From NCBI GenBank assembly GCA_964016885.1, contig OZ024742.1:353586001-353650000 (forward strand): DNA of 64,000 bases, given 5' to 3'. The number at the start of each line of letters is the position of its first letter. Position 1 is the stretch's first letter. Below, one piece after another: positions 1 to 14,407 of the stretch. The notes under the pieces were generated by a model. It did not search any database, had not been told where the DNA came from, and worked only from the letters and a program-made list of their open reading frames with translations. A program made the translations under genes and the position numbers. The stretch is from Eledone cirrhosa. Taxonomy: Eukaryota.

Positions 1-369
1 GCAAATCTTTTGCCGTTTTTGTCTACTGATCTATGTTTCAGACATATTTTTGAGTAATATAGAGCGGCAGAATTCGAAAAGGATAAAACTTTATTCTATG
101 ACGTCAGGGACCCGCACGAATATGTAAACCATGTGTCGAAAATTATAATGCAATGAAATTACACGCAGCACGTCTGTGGATATACATGTTTGTCTGAAAT
201 AAGTATCGCATTTATTATGACGCAGCAGAGTACATGCATTCGTAGTAGGTAGTTCATTTCATCGTCACCGAAAGACAAAGAATATATGAACTCAGAATAT
301 AAAGAGCCGGAACAAATGTCACAAAACACTCTGTTCCTAACTAACTATTCTGCCAATCTACCGCTCTGA

Positions 370-995
370 CCATGCTTTGAGGCATAGAGTTATGTCCCTT
401 TATGATCTGATTTCAAATCCCGCCGGGATTAACTTTGCCTGTCATCCTTACGGTGTCGATAAAATACAGTACCAGTAATGTACTGGATAATTGCTGGCCT
501 TGTGCCTAAAATATAAACAATTATTTAATAAAGGCAGTGGATTGGCAGTATCGGTAGAGGGTCAGACGCCATGCTTTACAGCGAAGAGTTATGGCCCTTT
601 ATGGTCTGAGTTCAAATCCAGCTGAGGTTAACTTTGCCTTTCATCCTTACGTGGTCGATAAAATAAAGTACCAGTAATGCACTGGGTAATTGCTGGCCTT
701 GTGCCAAATGTAGAAACAATTATTTAATAATTGTTTCTACTTTTGACACAAGGCCAGCAATTATCCCAGTGCATCACTAGTACTTTATTTTATCGACCCC
801 GTAAGGATGAAAGGCAAAGTTAACCTCAGCTGGATTTGAATTATTTAATAATTGTTTCTACTATTGGCACAAGGCCAGCAATTAACCGGTACATTACTGG
901 TACTTTATTTTATCGACCCCGTATGGATGGAAGGCAAAGTTAACATCGGCGGGATTTGAACTCAGAATGTCAAAGGCCGTAACTCTATGCGTCAT
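370..995. mobile_element. Cluster of four tRNA-derived SINE copies (two +, two -, tail-to-tail)
   Basis: Shared core TTCAAATCC..GAGGTTAACTTTGCCTTTCATCCTTAC.GGGTCGATAAAATAAAGTACCAGT at about 370-530 (+), 533-725 (+), 728-840 (-) and 848-995 (-). Confidence 0.9.
533..725 (+). mobile_element. Full-length tRNA-derived SINE
   Basis: A-box-like TGGCAGTATCGG, B-box GAGTTCAAATCC, central core, 3' tail CCTTGTGCCAAATGTAGAAACAATTATT; flanked by ATTATTTAATAA on both sides. Confidence 0.9.
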
Positions 996-1899
996 AGGAC
1001 CCTATCACGGTTGTCCCTTCCTTAACTCTCAGCTTCAATGTTACAATCTATAACACTTCACAGCAATAATCATTCCCAATATTATTCAACAACGAAAGAA
1101 AACAGCTCAAAAGAATGCAAATTCTTAAACACCAATATTCTGAATTAAGAAAAAAATAAGTATATCGCACAATACTATATATAATGATCACGTCTCAGAT
1201 CGTGCAGCCGCAGTCTCTTCTATGCAGCACATGTTTTTTGTAGAAAGTATGTGTAGTTTATTTATTATTTTTTTTTTTTTCGTTGGAGCTGTTTAAATAC
1301 TCTTTTTACAGGAGCAGATGGACCAGTGTTTCGAAATGTAAACATATATATGCTGAGTATGTGGCTTATTGAAATATAAATAAACATTAATCAATATACA
1401 TCTAAACAAAATAGAGAAACTGCAGGAATATAAATTTAATTTGATAGAAGAATATAAATTTAGGCGTAGAGCAGAAATTATACAAACACATACTCAATAC
1501 AAACAACAGAAATTGAAAATTCCTTTCTGCCTTCAGGGAAGCTAACAATTATCACAGAGAGACTGACGTGACACACTGTTAAGGGGGAAGAAGAACAGCA
1601 GCCCTTGTATGAGAAAAAGACTTAGAATCAATGTAAAGCTGTAGTAGCAGAAACAAATAAACATCTATACATATTAAATGTATTGTGAGGTGGGGAAATC
1701 TGCAATAACGCATTATACCACTAAATATTGTTGGGTTACCACCAAAGGCTGAAATATTCTTGAATGCATTACAAGGACAATGTCTTTCAAATTAACATTC
1801 ATATAAGCGCATTTCGTGTAAAATATTGAACAAGATCTACGAAAGTAAAAATTCGAAAAAAAGAAAATACCTCCATAAGGGGAAACTATGAGGGTCATT

Positions 1900-3990
1900 C
1901 GAGGAAACCACTAACAACACGCCTCTTTCAACTGCCCCCTCACATTTGATCTCCAATCAACTGGTGCATGTTCAGAGCAGGACCATCCATTCGGGCTATG
2001 CTCATCACTCTCACCCACATTTCATCAACTTGTTGGAATCTAGCACTTCCCTTTCCATCCTGTTTTTTGTCTGGAGACTTCTGGTGTCCCTACACACCAC
2101 CATAGGCGTGTGAGACTCGCGAGTTGGAATGGTTTTCCAGAGCGTTTCCTTTGCCGTCCTCCGGGGAAATGCCTTCTCTATTCTGTGTGATGTGGCTGTG
2201 GAGAGGCCACCAATATGATTGACTGACTTGTCATTTATCAGTCAGATGGATTTGCATATATTTCATTTATTTCACAGGTATAGTATTTACTGAAGTGTTA
2301 GATGAGAATGCTGGTATGTATAAAGTCATACAAACAATACATTTATCAAAACTTAAATTGCCCAGTTTGACTAAACTATCTTTAATTACGCCTTCAAATC
2401 TACTAGTTGTATTAGTCAAGGGAAATGATTCAAGATTTTGTTTCAGCATTACACTCGAAACGGTTAATCAGTGCTTCGGTGAAATGAAAGGTGCACGTTA
2501 TCAAACATGTCAAAACCTTCATCTTACAGCCGTTTCAAAATGACCACAATATATATAGAGAAACTGCTTGCCTTCCTAACTAAAGGTAGGTGGTGGGGCA
2601 ATCATCAAGGTGGACAAGGCTGCTAACCAGATACTTCCTACGTGTGACAATAAGTCATTGACATTAACCCAGATGTAAACAAATTGTATACAAGACATGA
2701 CGGTATAACACGGTTTTGGTGAACTGCGCACATATTGGAAAGGCCTGGCTGACGACTGTACAATACCTGTAGACTCTATATCAACCTGGCCATGCTCCCA
2801 GTTAACATTGCCTGAATTTCCAAAAGAGAGAGAGCTCCTCATATGAAATCAATCTAATTTGTCTGTTCCGATCAGATACTTTGTGGTCTGAGAATTCGAC
2901 TACTTTGAATTGTGGACACGCTATGCTAACCTTATATAAATGCTTACAGAAGATTCTATCCTGATACGAACTAGATACTCCAATACGGTTTGCCTATGTC
3001 CACTTTGGAACATTCTCTCAATCCACTGGGTAGCTAACATGTAGGCTTTAGGCATCATCCTCCACTATCTGCAATCTTAAACCATCCAAACCTGCGTCCA
3101 ATATACCCTCCCAGTCACCAGCTAAACCCAATGCAATCTGGGACACTCATCGAAGGGTCTCCAGTTGGCCAGAATAATTGAAAATGTCTTGCCGCTGTCG
3201 TGGCATAGACAGTTCCTAGACTGACATTATACCCTTCCCTGCTGGTCAATTCCTTCATCACCAAATTACCTCTGGGTGCAGGTAGATGGTCTGTAGCATC
3301 ACATGCAAGACTTTCCGAAACAACACATAGCTACTCCGCCTCAACATTTGGGTGACGTAGAGATGTTTACATATTGTAGCCACCGAAAACGGGAACAAAT
3401 TATTGGACATTTGGGTCTCACTAGTGGCAACTACGTCTATGTTCAGTGACATGTGGTCATCGAGAGAGTTGATTTGCATCCGGGATGACCACAAGCCACG
3501 TGTATTTAGACTGCCTATCCCGAGAGTGGCCATATTTAAAGACGAGGAAAAATAAATCAGAACCAGTGACATGAATCGCACTCCGTTCCTACATCCAGTT
3601 GTGAAAAAAACTGCAAACTAATGTCAGAAATCCCAAATTTCCTAAAGGAAATCTTCCTTAATGTTTGTAAATTGTTTAGTCTATTGTAATTTCTTTTAAC
3701 GGCGCTCGTAGTGTTATATTTGGGAACCTAATGTCGGGGTTGTACGGCATGTGGTGAATTAGATTTCTGTTGTTTGTATGTATTACTGTGTAGTTTGTGA
3801 ACTATGTGTCTTTTGGTTGGGTTTACATTTGCTGTTGTTGTTACGGCTTGTGATGAAGAGTTTGTTGCTGGTGTGTTGATGTCCTTTGTAGAGTTGATTG
3901 CAGTGATCTTGCTGATGATGTCAATGTTGGGATTTTTGAGGTATGCCTTACAGATTTGGCTTATTTTGCTGTTCCATTTATATCGTGTGT
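1900..3990 (-). mobile_element. Degenerate, internally deleted L1/Tx1-type LINE
   Basis: ORF 3258-3581 reads MATLGIGSLNTRGL...NIDVVATSET (APE N-terminus, homologous to 44510-44400). Segments 1960-2070 and 2500-2830 align by eye with the ORF2 C-terminus at 41110-41610. Confidence 0.75.
2070..2200 (+). mobile_element. Fragment of a CRE-like RLE non-LTR retrotransposon C-terminus
   Basis: Frameshifted translation LETSGV...ETRELEWF/QSVSFAVLRGNAFSIL resembles the VETxG...QRxSxAxQRGNAxxI ending of CRE-clade proteins. Confidence 0.5.
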
Positions 3991-4088
3991 GATGTCAAAC
4001 ATCTTTTTCTTTTGGCTTTATGAGTGTCATTAGCTGCACCTCCCCATTACACCAATTCATGCTTGAGTGTGTTAAATCGGAAAGAGGC

Positions 4089-4108
4089 AGTAGTAGTAGT
4101 AGTAGTAA

Positions 4109-4167
<59 letters not shown>

Positions 4168-4168
4168 A

Positions 4169-4209
<41 letters not shown>
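4089..4209. repeat. (AGT)n microsatellite
   Basis: Direct reading; two AAT interruptions. Confidence 0.98.
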
Positions 4210-5292
4210 AGGAGATAGATTGTAAGAAATAAAAAAACTGTTTGACTATATTACTTAATTGTTAATAGTTTATTTGGTGAATGTTGCCGTTTCTTAAACT
4301 AAATATTCGTTATACATACCAACGTTATACTTTAGTTTTATAGAATGGCCCCTTTAAGGTTTTAGGCTTTTGTTGCAGCGAAAAATATTTACTGTGTTCC
4401 AGAATCATTATTAAATCGTCTATTATTTGAATTAAAAATATTCCTAGTGGATAATTCATCCTTTCGTTTTTGAAACATGTTAAATAATTTTTTATCGTTC
4501 TAAAGATCATGTTGAAACAAATCTATTCCTAGGTTGGTAATGAGCTTTCAAAATCATAAGCTTTGCCTAATCACGATTAAGCAGATCACAGCATGCCTGT
4601 AAATATCATGACCTGATGCTATTGAAAAACATTTCCCCTTCGTAGATTTATTTGAGTATATGTTGAAGTAACTGTGGTATAACATATTTCCTCGTAGTTT
4701 AGAATTAAGGCTCTCAATTGAAATTAATGTTAAATTAATCAAGAATAGGAAAATAAGAAAATAATCAGTATGTTAAAATAGTAAAATAAATAGTGGAATT
4801 AGCGGAAGTATTACAGGAAATAGTAAATAGTAGCCACACAAACAATGTGTGCTATAACTTCTCCCACTTAACTTGAGGAAATCAACATGAACGTAATAGC
4901 AATGAAAATATTAGTTCAGCAGTGTGATACTGTCTCACTGAATAGCTTAAGCAAGCATGTCTTCTTCCGTTGATGATCAGATCGTTGCTCAAAGCAGTAA
5001 AAAGGACAAAAACTTTTTATATAATAAATGTGAAAAGCAAAACATACTACATATTCATTACATGATAGTAAATAAAACAAAAATAGATACATATGTTCAC
5101 TTATTTAATTAGTTGCAGAAGAAAGTTGTTTATCTTTCCAAATCTAATTAAAAGTTGTTAACAGTAGAAATTAACTGGTATGATACACATGGTTATTGGC
5201 TCGCACGTGCATACTCACATACATACACCCACCCATACACACGTACATACACACAAACGCACACACTTAAACAAACAACCCCATACATGGTC

Positions 5293-5295
<3 letters not shown>

Positions 5296-5347
<52 letters not shown>

Positions 5348-5361
5348 CATACATATATATG

Positions 5362-5408
<47 letters not shown>

Positions 5409-5429
5409 CATATACACACACACGTATAC

Positions 5430-5474
<45 letters not shown>
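5296..5474. repeat. (TA)n-dominated microsatellite
   Basis: Direct reading; one of more than 25 such tracts in the window. Confidence 0.98.
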
Positions 5475-6444
<970 letters not shown>

Positions 6445-6447
<3 letters not shown>

Positions 6448-8150
6448 AATAAGTATGGCCCCGATTGCAGAGTTCATGCCCTTTCAACGGCTAATTCTGG
6501 ACTAAATAAGACACTTTTAGCATGGTAAATAAATAGCCGAACTTCTCAGAGTGTAATTCATTCCATATATGGTAAAATAGTGATTGTCACAAGGAAAGGT
6601 CAAAAGTTTCATATGATTCTATCATGGCATTTTGTGGAGGGTAGGTGTAGATGAACTTGCCGGTAGAATAAAAAGGGAGAGGGAGTGGATGAAACCCAGT
6701 CAAGCGTTGAAATTGAAATCTATATAGTAGATTCTAGTGTATAGAAGGTCGAAAACACTGTACCAGAGGAGAGGGGAGTTGAAAAAATAGGTCATTCGAA
6801 AGGGAGTGAACAAGAAAGCCATTATAAAATGAGGAAATATATGAAAATATAAAAAACAATTTCTGGTTACTACTCCCCTTCCCCAATCACCAAATCTCTC
6901 ATTGCTATTGCTAAGCTATAGAAAAGTTTAATAGGTGTAGAGGAATACTAAATAAGAATGTTATAAAGCCATCATTACAGGGGTCTAACACCACTACCAT
7001 AGTTAGTGGTAATCATCAAAATCTATGTTACAGTAACAGGTTAATAAGTTGAAGTCAAACATACTCATGAACTAATACGAAATATTAATTCAGAATCCCA
7101 AAACATAAATACTAATACAATATATATATAAATACTAATACAATACATTAATACTAATACAATATACATAAACACTAATATACAACAAACTAATGCAGAA
7201 ATACCACTAAGACATTTAGAAATCACGGAAATGGGGCAGCAACCAGAAAGAAAACAAGTATCTGGCGTCTAACACATCTGCTATGAGGAGCGTAATCGGC
7301 TAAATCTATCTTAAACATTAGGGAGGGGGGGGGCGAGGTACTGAAGATACAAAGGACCGATTGGCTGCATAGGAGTGGGCGAGAAGGTGAAAAAAAGACG
7401 ATAAGGAAGGAGATCTTGGGTGGAAGGATTAGGAAAAGATGGGGGAAAAATGAAATTTAGAGAAAAAGATAAAAAATATAAAAAAGTTACGTCTACCTTT
7501 TTAATCAGGGGTTACCCCTTACAGAGTCGGCAAGTGGTGTGTTTCAGCCCTCGTCAACCCCCACCCCCATCCCCGGGTCATTATGGGGTTTGAGGGCCAG
7601 GTAAGTCCTACGCAATCTGTCTTTGCATGCAGTTACAAGTTGTCTTTCTTGTTTAGGAGTTGGTCCTTCGAAAACACCAATGTAATGTTTCCTCCGACCA
7701 TAAGTTACACGGACGGCGTCCTCCCGTGTATGAGTTGGCTCTGGACAGTAAGCTCCAAGTGAGATTGTAGGTTATATTATTATCTTTGAGGTCCCGGGAT
7801 GTGGCCCGAATGTGTACTGGCGTGACGCCGGGCCGGGATTCAGAGAGTATGTCTGTGTAGGTAGAGACGGGTCTTGAAGTCACAAGTGGTTAATCCTATA
7901 TAAGCTTTGTTAGAGGTGCCCGTCCTCACGTTGCACTGGTATATCACATTACGATCTGGGCATCTGTTTTTGAGGGGGCAAAGGGATCTATCCGGACCGT
8001 TACACCCCCTGGTCGGCTCTCCACTGCTGTCTAGGTTATTTCTTCCATAGGGGTTGAGTTTTTTGTTGTTAGAGGAGACGTGTTTTGTGCAAAGTAGGAG
8101 CTGTGGTGCTGTGTGAGAGTTTCATGTTGTTTTTGTTGATTAAGTTGTCG
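6445..8150 (-). mobile_element. PLE family A, inverted 5'-truncated copy (GIY-YIG end, 3' UTR/pLTR)
   Basis: Reverse complement of about 10880-12660; ORF remnant 8150-7512 (..DLKDNNITYNLTWSLLSRANSYTGGRRPCNL..); degenerate HHR at about 6458-6554. Confidence 0.9.
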
Positions 8151-9025
8151 TCTTTTTTTTCACCTTCTCGCCCACTCCGATGCAGCCCATCGGTCTTTGT
8201 AGCCTCAGTGCCCTCCCCCCCCCCCTAATTTTAAGATACATTTGGCCGATTACGCTTCATAAAGCAAATGTGTTAGACCTCAGATACATGCTTTCTTTCT
8301 GGTTGCTGCCCCATTTCCGTGATTTCTCAATTTCTTAGTGCTATTTCTGCATTAGTTTCTTGTATATTAGTATTTATGTTTTGGGATTCTGAATTAATAT
8401 TTCGTATTAATTTTTTATATATATTGAATTAGTATTTATGTATATTGTATTAGTATTTATGTATTGTATTAGTATTTATATATTTTGTATTAGTATTTAT
8501 GTTTTGGGATTCTGAATTAATATTTCGTATTAGTTCTTCAGTACTACTAATTATAGTAGTGGTGTTAAACCCCCTGTAATGATGGCTTTATAAAATTCTT
8601 TCACTACAATCTCGTATTTAGTATTCCTATCCCCCTATTAAACTGTTCTATAGCTTACCAATACCAATGAGAGATTTGGTGATCGTGGAAGAGGAGTAGT
8701 AACCATAAATTATTTTTTTATAATTTTTATAATTTGTATAATGGCTTTTTTCTTTACTCCATTTCGATTTACCTATTTTTGCAAATCCCCCCTCCCCTCC
8801 TCTAGTACACTTTTTTCGAATGTCTATATACTATCCTTAGAATCTGCTGTATAGATTTCAATTTCAACGCTTGACTGGTTTTCCTCCACTCCCTCTCCCT
8901 CTTTCTTCTACCGGCAAGTTCAGCTAGCCCCACCCTCAACAAAATGCCATTATAGAATCATATGTCTTAACAACAAACTTGTGACCAATCCTTGTGACAA
9001 TCACTATTTTACCATATATGGAATT

Positions 9026-9121
9026 ACCGCCTGAGAAGTTCGGCTAATTATTTACCAGGCTAAAAATACTTATTTAGTCCAGAATTAGCCGTCGAAACAG
9101 CTTGAACTCTGCCGTCGGGGT
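9026..9121 (+). ncRNA. Type I HHR motif in the 5' pLTR of family A (C3/A8 mismatch in this copy)
   Basis: ACCGC-CTGAGAA-G..CGGCTAATT...AATTAGCCG-TC-GAAA-CAGC...GCC-GTC-GGGGT. Confidence 0.8.
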
Positions 9122-9306
9122 CATACTTGTTCCTATTACCCACTATACTACCCTAAGTATTGAGTACTTTGGTGCCTTATGGTCCATCTGGTTCCTTCCC
9201 ACATTTCCTTCGTTATCTATCTCCTACTTCCGTAGTAGAGCACTTTCCGACCCTACCACCCCTTGTCCAGACTTTTCCGCTGAGATCAAGTTCTTTCACC
9301 CGCACC

Positions 9307-11507
9307 ATGCGAAAACACAACATTGACTTCTCCACCAAGAACATCCCAGTTCCACCGAGAAAACTCTACCTCCGGATGCTCACGCAAAAAATCGACCTCT
9401 TTGCGAACAGACTAAGATGGAGAACTTTTTTCTACGACAGATATTGCGAAAATCAGGACTTCGATACCAAAGAGAGATTCGGATTTAATACCTACAAATC
9501 TCCACCTGCGAACCCTATGCTCTCACCCTTCGAGAATGACCTTTTCCAACTGGTCAAGAGCATTAAATTCAAACCCAGACACAACAGATTCCTACAAAAA
9601 CTCCGTAGCAAATTAACAGAGTATGAAAACACCAACGATATCATGGTGCACTCAGACAAATCTGGTAACCTCTACTTTGTCAACCCCGACAGATAAATCA
9701 CACTGATAAGCAGCAGCCTAAACTCCACCTATATTAAGGCTAACCACTCAAGCACTGAGGACATAACTCGAGATGGACAACAAATTACCTCCAGCATCGG
9801 GGACGTCGACCGCACTGAACCCCTAGACCCTCGGACACCCTACTTCACACTGAAGGACCACAAATCCGACTTCGACCGTAAACTATCCGTTCAGGCTTAT
9901 AAACCCAACGAAGTCCGATATAGGGAGAATCAGTTAAAAAAATCCTAGACCGCGTTATACCAAAAGTTAAGCAAAACGCCGGACTTTGCCTGTGGTTCAA
10001 CACCCAGTAAGTAATCTCATGGTTTAGCAATATGGAGGACAAACGAGACACAAAATTCATCCAGTTTGACATACAGAGTTACTATGCTTCAATTACCTTA
10101 CCGCTCCTTACTGCCGCCTTGGACTTTGCCGAAACACTCACGCCCATCACCGCCCAGGAAATAAATATCATCCTCCACGCCAGGACGACAGTCCTACTTT
10201 TCGTCAAATCCAAATGGATAAAGAGAGCTCCCGACTTCCCCTTCGACGTCAGTATGGGCGCGACGGATTCGGCTGAGGCCACAGATCTTATACCATTACT
10301 CCTACTATTTAAACTCACCGAAATGATTCCTGCATACGGCGGTGGATTGTACCGTGATGATGGGCTCCTTACCCTCAAAGGGTACAACCCAAGTAGTAGA
10401 GACGGTGTCCGTAAACAATTAATCAGCTTCTTCCGCGACTGGGGATTTAAAATAACCCTACAAACGTCCTTAACCCGAGTAACCTCCCTGGACGTTTCCC
10501 TTAACCTCGATAACGATCAGTACTACCCATACAGGAAACCAAACGACAACCTGCATTACATCCACCGCCGGTCGAATATCCTAGAAATATCACCAATAAC
10601 CTGGTTAAAAACATCTCCCTCCGCATATCTCGTTTGTCCGCTAATGAGCAGCTATTCGTTGAACATGCACCTTATTACAACCAGGCCCTCAAGCCGAGTG
10701 GCTTCCGGGAGGAAATGTCCTATTATCCAGCTTCCATTAGTGGAACCAGAAGGCGACACCGCCGCTCATGATAGGTAACGTATTTCAATCCTCCCCACAA
10801 TGGCCAGGTGACAACACCTATTTGGAAAATCTTCTTTAGGGTCATCTAAAAACACTTCCCACTACACCAAGGCTACCACAACATAATCAACAAAAGCACC
10901 ATCAGATTCTCCTACAGGACCACACCTAACTTTGCACAACACATCGTCTCCTCTAACAACAAAAATCTCACACCCTATCGAAGAAATAACCTAGAGACCA
11001 GTGGAGAGCCGACCAGGAGGTGTAACTGTCCTGATAGAACCCGTTGCCCCTCAACAACATATGCCCAGATCGTAATGTGATCTACCAGTGCAACGTGAGG
11101 ACGGACAACTCCAACAAAGCTTATATAGGATTAACTGTTTGTGACTTCAAGACCCGGCTCTACCTACACAGACATACTTTCCGAAACCCGGCCCGGCGTC
11201 ACGCCACTACACATTAGGGCCACATCTGGGACCTCAAAGATAATAATATAGCCTAAAATCTACTTGGAGCTTACTGTCCAGAGCCAACTCTTACACGGGA
11301 GGAAGCCGTCCGTGTAACTTATGCTTGGAGGAAATATTACAAATGTTGTTTTCGAAGTACCAACTCCTAAACAAGAAAGACGAACTGATAACTGCATGCA
11401 AAGGCAGATTGCGTAGGACTTACCTCGCCTTCAAACCCCATAATGACCCGGGGGGGGGGGGTAGACAAGGGGTGAAACACCCTACTTGCCGACTTTGTAA
11501 GGGGTAA
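9307..11507 (+). pseudogene. Disrupted PLE reverse transcriptase / GIY-YIG endonuclease ORF
   Basis: MRKHNIDFSTKNIP, RLRWRTFF, SDKSGNLY, FIQFDIQSYY, FDVSMG, GLYRDDGL, YRKPN, FNPP, CNC linker, VIYQC..AYIGLT; several stops and frameshifts. Confidence 0.92.
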
Positions 11508-12552
11508 CTCCTGATTACAAAGGTAGACGTAACTTTTTGATATGTTTTATCTTTTCTCTATATATCCCTCTTCCCCCCCCCCCATCTCTTCCTACTCCTT
11601 CCACCCCAGATCTCCTTCCAGGTCGTCTTTTCTTTTTCAACTTTTCGCCCACCCCGATGCAGCCCATCGGTCCTTTGTAGCCTCACTAGCCCCCCCCTAA
11701 TTTTAAGATAGATTTGGCTGATTACACTTCTTATAGCAGATGTGTTAGACCCCAGATACTTGCCTTCTTTCTGGTTGCTACCCCATTTCCGTGATTTCTA
11801 AATTTCTTAGTGTATTTCTGCATTAGTTTCTTGTATATTAGTATTTATGTTTTGGGATTCTGAATTAATATTTCGTATTATTTTTTTAAATATATATTGT
11901 ATTTATGTATATTTTATTAGTATGTATGTATTGTATTAGTATTTATGTATATTGTATTAGTATTTATGTTTTGGGATTCTGAATTAAAATTTCGTATTAG
12001 TTCTTTAGTTTGTTTGAGCTCAACTTATTAACCTGTCATTGTAAGATAGCTTTGGCTGATTACTATTAACTATATTAGTGGTATTAGAACCCCTGTAATG
12101 ATGGCTTTATAAAATTATTTCACTACAATCTTGTATTTAGTATTCTTCTACACCTATTACACTTTTCTATAGCTTAGCAATACCAATGAACGATTTGGTG
12201 ATTGCGGAAGGGGAGAAGTAACCAGAAATTGTTTTTCATATTTTTTATATATTTACTCTTTTTTATAATGTTTTTTTTGTTTACTCACTTTCGATTTACC
12301 TATTTATTCAAATCTCCCCCATCCCTTCTTATATTACACTTTTTTCGACATTCTATACACTATTCTTAGAATCTGCTGTATAGATTTCAATTTCAAAGCT
12401 TGACTGGGTCTCCTCCACTCCCTCTCCCTCTTTCTTCTACCGGCAAGTTCAGCTCCCCTACCCTCCACAAAATTCCATGATAGAATCATATATCTTAACA
12501 AAAAATTGTGACCAATCCTTGTGACGATCACTATTTTACCATATATGGAATT

Positions 12553-12646
12553 ACCCCTTCAGAAGCTCGGCTATTTAAATACCAGGATACATTTTCATTT
12601 AATCCAGAATTAGCCGTCGAAACGGCTTGAGCTCAGCCGTCGGGGT
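12553..12646 (+). ncRNA. Type I HHR motif in the 3' pLTR of family A (G5 mutated)
   Basis: ACCCC-TTCAGAA-...-GAAA-CGGC TTGAGCTCA GCC-GTC-GGGGT. Confidence 0.8.
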
Positions 12647-12737
12647 CTTACTGGTTCCTAATACCCACTCTACTACCCTAAGTATTTAGTACTTTGGTGC
12701 GTTATGGTCCACCTGGTTCCTTACCACATTTCCTTCG

Positions 12738-12738
<1 letters not shown>

Positions 12739-12813
<75 letters not shown>

Positions 12814-12898
12814 GTATGTGTATTTATGTATTTTGTGTATGTGTATATATGTGTATATCTGTAGATGTGTTAGTATATGTTTGTATACGTCTATATTT

Positions 12899-12960
<62 letters not shown>

Positions 12961-13007
12961 ATGTGTGTATATGTGTATATATATGTATATATATGTGTAT
13001 ATATATA

Positions 13008-13084
<77 letters not shown>

Positions 13085-13139
13085 ATATATATATGTATAT
13101 ATATATATGTGTGTATATATATGTAGATATATATATATA
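12739..13139. repeat. Compound (TA)n/(TG)n microsatellite between two PLE tails
   Basis: Direct reading. Confidence 0.97.
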
Positions 13140-13231
13140 ACGAAGGAAATGTGGTAAGGAACCAGATGGACCATAACGCACCAAAGTACTCAATACTAAG
13201 GGTAGTAGAGTGGGTAATAGGAACCAGTAAG

Positions 13232-13325
13232 ACCCCGACGGCTGAGCTCTAGCCGTTTCGACCGCTAATTCTGGATTAAATGAAAATGTATCCTGCTATT
13301 TAAATAGCCGAGCTTCTCAAGGGGT
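13232..13325 (-). ncRNA. Type I HHR, U3-A8 core, core intact
   Basis: Reverse complement ACCCC-TTGAGAA-GCTCGGCTA...TAGCGGTC-GAAA-CGGC...GCC-GTC-GGGGT. Confidence 0.85.
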
Positions 13326-14407
13326 AATTCCATATATGGTCAAAGTGAATGTCAAAAGTTAGTAGTAATTCTGTGATGGCAAATTAGTAGGGGAGATGGT
13401 GGCTAAACCTGCCAGTAGGAGAAAACGAGGAGGGGGTAGAGTAGACCCAATCATGCGTTGGTAGTGCCGGCTACATCTGGGCATGAGGTCAAAGAAGATA
13501 CTGGAGAGGGGGAGGGGGAGGAAGTGGAAACGGTAGGTAGAACAATGAGGGGTAAAAATATATATTTGAAAGAAAAAATACTGAGAGTGATGAAAAGCGA
13601 ATAAGTGTAAAGAAAAAAGAATATATAGGCAAGTTCTACGACCTAAGTCTCTAGCTATTGTTAGGCTAGATAAATAAATAAATAAATGAAGAAAGAAATA
13701 AAGAAATAACGAAAAAAGTAAATAAACTAGGTGGGACGGATTAGGAAAGGACCCTTTTAAGAGGTATAAGTACGTAAATCATACGGTGACGGGTCAACAA
13801 ATGGGGCCAAAATACTAAAGAAACTACCACGAAATAAATAATAAAGGTTTCTACCCCAGGCACAAGGCCAGCAACCACCCAGTGCAGAAAAGTAAACTAG
13901 TACGAGATAATAATTCTGAGTCCCGAAAAAAATTTACTAATGCTAACTCTAAAGGTACCGCCACGCTACCACAGTTCTTATACAAGCTACATGAAAGTTC
14001 GTACGAAGTAAAGGTAGAATACGGAAAAATAAATTCAGAATCCACCCCGCACAAAAGAAAAGAGAAGAAAGAAATACTGAAACGAGAAATTAAGGCAAAA
14101 GTGCCACTAAGAAATATAGAAAGCACGGAAAAAAGGGGGAGCGGTCGGAAAAGGGGGCAAGTATCCGAGGTCTATCACAACTGCTATAAAAAGCGGAGTC
14201 CGCCAAATCTGTCATAGACTAGGGGAGGGGGTGGGGGTACTGAGGCTACAAGGGGCCAAAGGGCATCTTCGGGTGGGCGAGAAAAAGACGCCGACAAAGA
14301 AGAAGAACTGGGGTAGAAGGACTAAGGAGGGATGGGGGGAACAAGGACATAAAGGAAGCGATAAAAGAATAAAAAGATGATCTTACGTCTCCCTTGGCAA
14401 GCAGGGG

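Larger units (their letters stand above)
8151..12740 (+). mobile_element. PLE family A (Naiad-type), near full length with direct pLTRs
   Basis: About 1.1-kb direct repeats (8151-9210 and about 11625-12740) flank an RT plus GIY-YIG ORF; each repeat holds an HHR; the 3' end runs into (TA)n. Confidence 0.93.

Noticed and set aside
533-620. tRNA gene
   Set aside because: A and B boxes are present but there is no cloverleaf; it is a SINE head.
4020-4232. Poly-Ser and poly-Val ORFs
   Set aside because: (AGT)n microsatellite.
8360-8535. CRISPR-like spaced repeats
   Set aside because: Irregular TATTAGTATTTATG minisatellite inside a PLE pLTR, with no unique spacers or cas genes.
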